DNA of 64,000 bases from the human T2T-CHM13v2.0 reference genome, Homo sapiens. The DNA is taken from NCBI RefSeq assembly GCF_009914755.1, contig NC_060925.1; one strand, given 5' to 3'. Shown piece by piece: positions 50,310 to 64,000 of this stretch. Below the pieces are notes generated by a model. That model worked only from the letters and a program-made list of their open reading frames with translations. It did not search any database and was not told the DNA's origin. Each line of letters opens with the position of its first letter. Position 1 is the first letter of the stretch. The translations under genes and the position numbers were made by a program.

Positions 50310-50489
50310 TCTGTAGTTTTGTAAACGTCAGAATACAGCCCTGCTTTCTGATACTTCTTCTTTGGGGGACGTGGGGGCTTCTTTTCCCTTGGGATGAGAG
50401 AAAGCACAGGCTGCAAGGTACTTTCAGGTTCAGAAGGTTTAGCTGGGGTTTCAGAAGGACTGGGAATCTCAACTGGTGCTTCATTAAAG
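50310..50489 (-). CDS. ASH1L: ASH1L coding exon (~exon 6), 180 nt, [59 protein letters not shown](D)
   Basis: Acceptor tctttctag|CTTT and donor ACAGA|gtaagt. Open frame of 1+59x3+2 nt, phase-compatible with the next exon. Peptide recognised as ASH1L. Confidence 0.97.
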
Positions 50490-51032
50490 CTAGAAAGAGA
50501 AGTTTAAAGATAATTTTATTATGAAAAAAAAGTTTTCCTACAAATAATTGTCTACTTAAAAAAAAAAAACCATAGCAATTAAAAAAAGAGATATGGGGAC
50601 TTCCTTATCTGGCCATGTTTAAATAACTGGTACCAGACTTCTCCTGACAAGAAGTAATAGAAATATGGTAGTCTACTAGATACTTAGAGAAAATTTTATT
50701 TTATTTTATTTTTTGAGTCGGAATCTTTCTCTGTCACCCAGGCTGGAGTGCAGGGGCACAATCTTGGCTCAAGGCAACCTCCGCTTTCTGGGTTCAAGCA
50801 ATTCTCCTGCCTCAGCCTCCCGAGTAGCTGATATTACAGGGGCACGCCACCAGTTTTGTATTTTTAGTAGAGACGGGTTTTGCCATGTTGGCTAGGCTGG
50901 TCTTCAACTCTTGACCTCAAGTAATCCACCTGCCTTGGCCTCCCAAGTGCTGGGATTATAGGCATGAGCCACCGTGCCCGGCATGAGAAAATTTTAAAAG
51001 ACAATTATTATCAGATACTGGACAACAGTTAA

Positions 51033-51251
<219 letters not shown>

Positions 51252-51299
51252 TAACCACATCTGGATAATTTTTGTATTTTTAGTAGAGACGGTTTTTAG

Positions 51300-51719
<420 letters not shown>

Positions 51720-52363
51720 TGAACTCCTGATCTCAGGTGATCTGCCCACCTCAGCTTCCCAAAGGGTTGGGATTACAGGCGTGAGCCATCACGCCCAGCC
51801 TCCACCTTGCCTTTCTAAGAATGACTGTGGTGCAGAAGTAGAAACCAAGCAGAGAATGGCCAAACTGATGAGCTGAAAAGGGATATATCAGAGTACAGAG
51901 GGACTGAGATAGCTGGAATTTGTGGAAATGAGTATCAGAATGGAAAAACCTATGGAGAATTATAACTCTAGAAATCTAACTATGGGTGTCTCTTTTAGTA
52001 TACTGCTAAACACTACGTTGTGCATGTGAAGGGTGAAATTCCATATGGCTGAACAAGGAACTACCAGAAAACTGTAACCTGAGCAATTCACACAACTCAC
52101 ACATGATGGCAGATACTCATTCCATTAGGCAAAGTAGAAAGACATTGTTCAACAATAGGGGACATTAAACAGCAAGCCCAGAGGGTAATGTTATCCACTG
52201 TTAGAGGGCTTAATTATCCTGAAAGGAAGACTAGCCTTCACTGGTGGGGCGCAGTGGCTCACGCCTGTAATCCCAGCACTTTGGGAGGCTGAGACAGGCG
52301 GATCACCTGAGGTCGGGAGTTCAAGACCAGCCTGACCAACATGGAGAAACCCCGTCTCTACTA

Positions 52364-52522
<159 letters not shown>

Positions 52523-53416
52523 TCAAAAAAAAAAAAAAGACTAGCCTTAGCTAAGTTTAAAAACAATATGAGAATCCAAACTGATCCATAAGTAACTTAA
52601 CTGCCTACCAAAATAAAATTGAATATTTGTAAAGGAAACCAACAAAAACCAGACATACAATAATGCGACATCACAATGTCTTGCATCCAATAATAAATTC
52701 CTACATATGCCAAAATGCAGGAAAATGTGACCCAGGGGAAAAAATCATTCAGTAGAAACAGCAACAGAAATAGAAATCACAAAGATAGAAAAGAAAATAA
52801 CTTTAAAATACTACTCTACAAGCATAAATCAGGAATTTAGAAGAAAATACAAAGATAATGAGGAGAGGAAGAGAAGACTTAACAACAACAACAAAAGGAA
52901 TATTGAGAATTGATAAATACGAAATCTGAAATGAAAAACTGGAGAGTACTTAACAGCAAATAAGGCACTGGAGATCAGTGAACTTGAAGACAGCAATAGA
53001 AACAACACAAACTGATAGAGATTAAAGAAAAGAATAAATTATGTAAAGAATATAATACTAACAGAATCTTAGAATCCCGGGAAAGGAGAAAACTTACTAC
53101 TAAAACAATTGGACACTTGTAAAGGAAAACAACAAAAACCAGATATACAATGATGTAACATTCACAAAATAAAAAATTCACAATGAAAAAAATTGAGAAT
53201 TATGGCTAAAAAGTTTCCCAAAATGATAAAAAGCATAACCTCAGAGTTAGAAGAAAGTAAGCAAACCATAGGCAGGATAAATAAAACAAGGTCCAGTATA
53301 TCGTAATAAACTTGTTAAAAACTACTGATGAAGAAAACAAAAGAAGCTAAAGAGGCTGGGCGCAGTGGCTCACGCCTGTAATCCCAGCACTTTGGGAGGC
53401 CGAGGTGGGTGGATCA

Positions 53417-53833
<417 letters not shown>

Positions 53834-53962
53834 TCATATCCAAAACAGTGCAAACCAGAAGACAATGTAATGACATCAAACAGTGTTAAAAGGAGAGGCA
53901 AAGGGGAAGCTTATCAAAATAGAAATCAAAATAAAACAAAAACATTAAAAAAAAAAAAAGAT

Positions 53963-54066
53963 GTGCTTGATTCAGCAGCACATATACTAAAATTGGAACA
54001 ATACAGAGATGAGCATGGCCCTGGTGCAAGAATGATATGCAAACTTGTGAAGTGTTCCATATTTTT
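53963..54066 (+). pseudogene. U6 snRNA pseudogene (full-length retrocopy)
   Basis: GTGCTTGATTCAGCAGCACATATACTAAAATTGGAACAATACAGAGA...GTGTTCCATATTTTT aligns end to end with U6. CpGs are decayed and 3 nt are missing after ACAGAGA. No PSE/TATA promoter seen upstream. Confidence 0.93.
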
Positions 54067-55124
54067 AAACAAAGCATTTTACTTAAAAAATAATACAGGT
54101 GATTCTTGTTCCACACAAAAATCGAACAGATGCACATCTACCTCTCATTTTACTAAGTACAACTAAAAACTCTGGAAATTGTCTATAAAATAAACATAAG
54201 CAAATGTACTGGCAATGACCAGGCAGGAAGTTTCCCAGATATTTGATTTGCCTCATATGTACAGGTTAAATTGCATAAAGTTTCCCTATTATTAAGGACA
54301 AGGCAAACATATGCTTTCATCATATATGTTCAGTATCATAACAGAGGTCCTAGCCAGTGCAAAAAGGCCAGAAAAAGAAAACAATATTGAAAAGGAAGAA
54401 TTACAAACTATCTCTACTCACACATTGTGTGATTGTCTATATAAAAACACCCAAAGACTCTACAAAAGAGAAAGTACTACAATTAGTGAAATACACAACA
54501 ATGTTGCAGAATCCAAGGTCAAATTCAACTGTATTTGTATGTTCTATCAATGAGAAAACTGAAATCAAAATTAAACAATGCTACTTAAACAGTAGAATAG
54601 TAGCCAGGCAGGGTGACTCACTCCTATAATCCCAACACTGTGGGAGGATGAGGCGGGCGGACCACCTAAGGTCAGGAGTTTGAGACCAGCCTGGTGAACA
54701 TGGTGAAACCCCGTCTCTACTTAAAATACAAAATACAAAAATTAGCTGGGTGTGGTGGCACACACCTGTAGTCCCAGCTTCTCAGGAAGCTGAGGCAGGA
54801 GAATCGCTTGAACCCAGGAGGTGGAGGTTGAATTGAGCCAAAATGGTTCCATCTTGGCTGGGCAACAGAATGAGACTCCATCTCAAAAAAAAACACTCCA
54901 GCCTGGGCAACAGAATGAGACTCCATCTCAAAAAAAAAAAAAAACAAAAACAAAAAAACAAGAAAAGCATTAAATGCTTAGATATAAATCAAACAAAATA
55001 ATACAGAAATATAATTTCTTTATAAATGTATAAATATAATAAAGTACAAATTTAAAAGAAAACCAAAATATAAATCTAACAAATACATGCAGTACATAAG
55101 AGTATAAACAAAACAATGAATTTA

Positions 55125-55411
<287 letters not shown>

Positions 55412-56020
55412 TTAAAAAAAAAAAAAAAATCAAAGATAACCTAAAATAAATGCAGTAACATACCATGTCCATGGATGTCCATGGAATTAAACACTGAATG
55501 TCATTAAGATGGCAATTTCTGTCCAGGCTTGGCAGCTTTCACCTGTAATCCCAGCACTTTGGGAGGCTGAGGCAGGAGGATCACTTGAGCCCAGAGGTTG
55601 GAGACCAACCGAGGCAACATAGTCAGACCCCATCTTTGCAAAAAATTTTAAAAAACTAGCCAGGTGTGATGGCTTACACTTGTAGTCCCAGCTACTGAAG
55701 AGGCTAAAGTGGGAAGACTGCTTAAACCTAGGAGGTCAAGGCTGACAGTAAGCCATTGCACTCCAGCCTGGGCAACAGAGGAAGATTCTGTGTCTTAAAA
55801 AAAAAAAAAAAAAAAAAAAGTTGGTGATTGCAACTTTCCCCCAAACTGATCTATAGATCTAACACAATCTCAAGTACCAACAGTTTTTTTTTTTTTTTTT
55901 TTTTTTTGAGAAAATGCCAAGATAATTCACAAATTGCTATGGAAAGACAAAACCTAAGGCCAGGCATGGTGGCTCACGCCTGTAATTCCAGCACTTTGGG
56001 AGGCCGAGGCAGGTGGATCA

Positions 56021-56285
<265 letters not shown>

Positions 56286-57119
56286 TTACTGTAAATGTAT
56301 TGTAATCAGGACAATGTGATACTAGCTACACAAAATAAATGTAGAACAACGTAATAGAGTGTAGAAATAGATACACATATGACTAATTTTTTTTTTGAAA
56401 AATTGTGGTAAAATGCATATACCATAATATCTACCTTTTAAACCATTTTAAGTGGTCTGGACAGTTCAGTGACATCAAAGTACATTCACATTGTTGTACA
56501 ACCATCACCAGTATCCATCCATCTCCACATCTTTTTCATCCTCCCAGACAGAATAACTGATCCTATTAAAGAAAAACTCTATTCCATCCTCCCTCCAACC
56601 CCTAATAACCAATATTCTACTTTCCGCCTGTATGAATTTGTCTATTCCAGGTTCCTCATACTAGTGGAATCATAAAATATATGTCCACTTGTGTCTGGCT
56701 TACTTCACTTTTATTCTTTTTTGAGTCAGAGTCTCATTCCGTCAACCAGGCTGGAGTGCAGTGGCACGATCTCGGCTCGCTGCAACCCTACCTCCTGGGT
56801 TCAAGCGATTCTCCTGCCTCAGCCTCCCGAGTAGCTGGGATTACAGGGTCACACCACCACGCCCAGCTAATTTTTTTTTTTTTTTGAGATGGCATCTTGC
56901 TCTTGTAGCCCAGGCTGGAGTGCAATGGCATGATCTCGCCTCACTGCAACCTCCGGGCCACCAGGGTCTGCTAATTTTTGTATTTTTAGTAGAAGCGGGG
57001 TTTCACCATGTTTGCCAGGCTGCTCTTGAACTCCTGACCTCAGATGATTTACATGCCTCTGCCTCCCAAAGTGGGAGGCATGCCTGGGATTACAGGCATG
57101 AGCCACTGCGTCCGGCTGC

Positions 57120-61419
<4,300 letters not shown>

Positions 61420-61866
61420 TTTAATCAACTGGGAGTTGATTTTTTGTATAGAGGATAAGACAGAATCCAATTTCCTTCTGATCCCCAGGGATTTCAACTT
61501 ACTGGGCACAATTTGTTGAACAGTTCTTTATATGCCTCTGTTACCCAGCAAGCTTCCATATATGTGTAGGTCTGTTTCTTTTATCTATTCAATTCCACAC
61601 CACCTTAATACTCCATAGCTTGAAATTAAGTCTTGGGACAAATCCTTTATTTTATTCAGTAATTACCTTTCCAGGTATATACTCTGATATAATTTTTTTT
61701 TTTTTTTTTTTGAGACAGAGTCTCGCTCTGTCACCCAGGCTGGAGTGAAGTGGTCTGATCTCAGCTCACTGCAACCTTCACCTCCAAGGTTCTAGCAATT
61801 CTGCTGCCTCAGCCTCATGAGTAGCTGGGATTACAGGCATGCAGCACCACACCTGGCTAATTTTAA

Positions 61867-62025
<159 letters not shown>

Positions 62026-62299
62026 TAATTTTTGTACTTTTTAGTAGAGACAGGGTTTCGCCGTGTTGGCCAGGCTGGTCTCAAATTCCTGACCTCAGGT
62101 GATCCGCCCACCTCGGCCTCCCAAAATGCTGGGATTACAGGCAAGAGCGACTGCGCCCGGCTAATTTTTCTATTTTTAGTAGAGATGGGTGTTCACTATG
62201 TTGGCCAGGCTGGTCTTAAACTCCTGACCTCAGGTGATCCACCCACCTCGGCCTCCCAAATTGCTGGGATTACAGGCACAAGCCACTGCACCCGGCCCC

Positions 62300-62706
62300 T
62301 GATACAGTTTGGATGTGCGCCCTGCCCACATCTCACGCTGGAATGTAATCACCAATATTGGTGGTGAGACCTGGTGGGAGGTGACTGGACCATGGGGGTG
62401 GTTTTCTCTTAAGCAGTTTAGCACCATCCCCCGATGCTGTCGTTGCCATAGTGAGTGAGTTCTGTTGAGATCTGGTGCTTTAAAAAGTGTATGGCACTTC
62501 GTCCTTCTCCTTCTTGCTCCTGCTCTAGCCCTGTAACCAGTATACTCCCCATGACTGTAAGTTTCCTGAAGCCTCCCCAGAAGCCTAGGAGATGCCAGCA
62601 TCATGCTTACTATACAGCCTGCAGGACCATGAACGAATTAAACCTCTTTTCTTTATAAATTACCCAGTCTCAGGTATTTATAGCAATGTGAGAACAAATT
62701 AGTATA
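62300..62706 (+). mobile_element. MST-type MaLR solo LTR
   Basis: tgatacagtttggatgtg...ccatgactgtaagtttcctga...ttataaattacccagtctcaggtat. Confidence 0.85.
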
Positions 62707-62714
62707 ATGCCTTA

Positions 62715-62876
<162 letters not shown>

Positions 62877-63024
62877 CTAATCCCAGCTACTCGGGAGACT
62901 GAGGGCAGGAGAATTGCTTGAACCCAGGAGATGGAGGTTGCAGTAAGCCGAGATTGTGCCACTGCACTCTAGCTTAGGCGACAACAATGAAATTCCGTCT
63001 CAAAAAAAAATATATATATATATA

Positions 63025-63567
63025 TGTTGGGAACAGGCCCCCCAAAATCTGGCCATAAACTGGCCCCAAAACTGGCCATAAACAAAATCTCTTCAGCACT
63101 GTGACATGTTCATGATGGCCATGACACCCACGCTGGAAGGCTGTGGGTTTACCAGAATAAGGGCAAGAAACACCTGGCCCACCCAGGCTGGAAAACCGCT
63201 TAAAGGCGTTCTTAAACCACAAACAACAGCATGAGCGATCTGTGCCTTAAGGACATGCTCCTGCTGCAGGTAACTGGCCAAACCCATCCCTTTATTTCGG
63301 CCCATCCCTTTGTTTCCCATAAGAGATACTTTTAGTTAATCCCGTTTCCCATAAGGGATACTTTTAGTTAATCTAATATCTATAGAAACAATGCTAATGA
63401 CTGGCTTGCTGTTAATAAATACGCGGGTAAATCTCTGTTCGGGGCTCTCAGCTCTGAAGGCTGTGAGACCCGATTTCCCACTTCACACCTCTATATTTCT
63501 GTGTGTGTGTCTTTAATTCCTCTAGCGCCACTGGGTTAGGGTCTCCCCGACCGAGCTGGTCTCGGCA
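63025..63567 (+). mobile_element. MER9 solo LTR (HERV-K HML-3)
   Basis: TGTTGGGAACAGGCCCCC...GAGCTGGTCTCGGCA, with TG...CA termini and tatata on both flanks. Confidence 0.9.
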
Positions 63568-64000
63568 TATATATATATACAATGCTTTAGAGAAATTAGT
63601 GTCCATATCCACCAGTGGACATTAGAGGAATATTAAAAGCAGTTTTTTTGGGCAATAACCTCAAGTTGAAAATAATCCAAGAGTAAAATCGAAGAACTGT
63701 ATTACACACAAACAATGAAACAACACATTAAAACTACAGCAACATGCATTAACATACATAATTTAACATGACTATGTTGAGCAAAAAAAGGTGAGACACA
63801 ATAGTATATGTCCTCTGTAATTAATTTTGTTTGTTTGTTTTTGCTTTTTTGAGACAGGGTCTCACTCTGTCACCCTGGGTGGATTGCAGTGATGTGATCT
63901 TGGCTCACTGCAATCTCTACCTCCTGGGCTCAAGTGATTCTCCCACTTGGCTTCCTGAGTAGCTAGGACTACAGGCGTGTGCTACCACAACTGGCTAACT

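Overview
This is primate, very probably human, genomic DNA from the middle of ASH1L (H3K36 methyltransferase), transcribed on the minus strand. Seven coding exons (50310-50489, 30003-30097, 14585-14658, 13045-13090, 12823-12931, 5320-5526, 5047-5193) join by GT-AG splice sites into one open frame. I number them about 6-12 from memory of the reference transcript. They encode the MRG15-binding FQLP segment, the AWS domain and most of the SET domain. The rest is intron packed with Alus (roughly 100 or more), L1/L2/MIR fragments, Tigger DNA transposons, LTRs (MER41, MER21, MER9, MST, MLT1) and U6 and U13 retrocopies. Almost all ORFs in the supplied track are Alu or L1 noise. The best lead is the 1.5 kb intron 13091-14584, which shows no recognisable repeats. 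It holds two candidate cassette/poison exons with GTAAGT donors, an RBFOX site, and a long-range RNA duplex of about 34 bp whose non-canonical pairs are G-U only on the transcribed strand. Together these suggest a structure-controlled unproductive-splicing switch just upstream of the catalytic domain. Other oddities are a spliced, polyadenylated MER41 retrocopy, a post-AluY micro-inversion, a templated insertion and a six-Alu nest. Repeat family names come from recognising consensus sequences, not from a database search.
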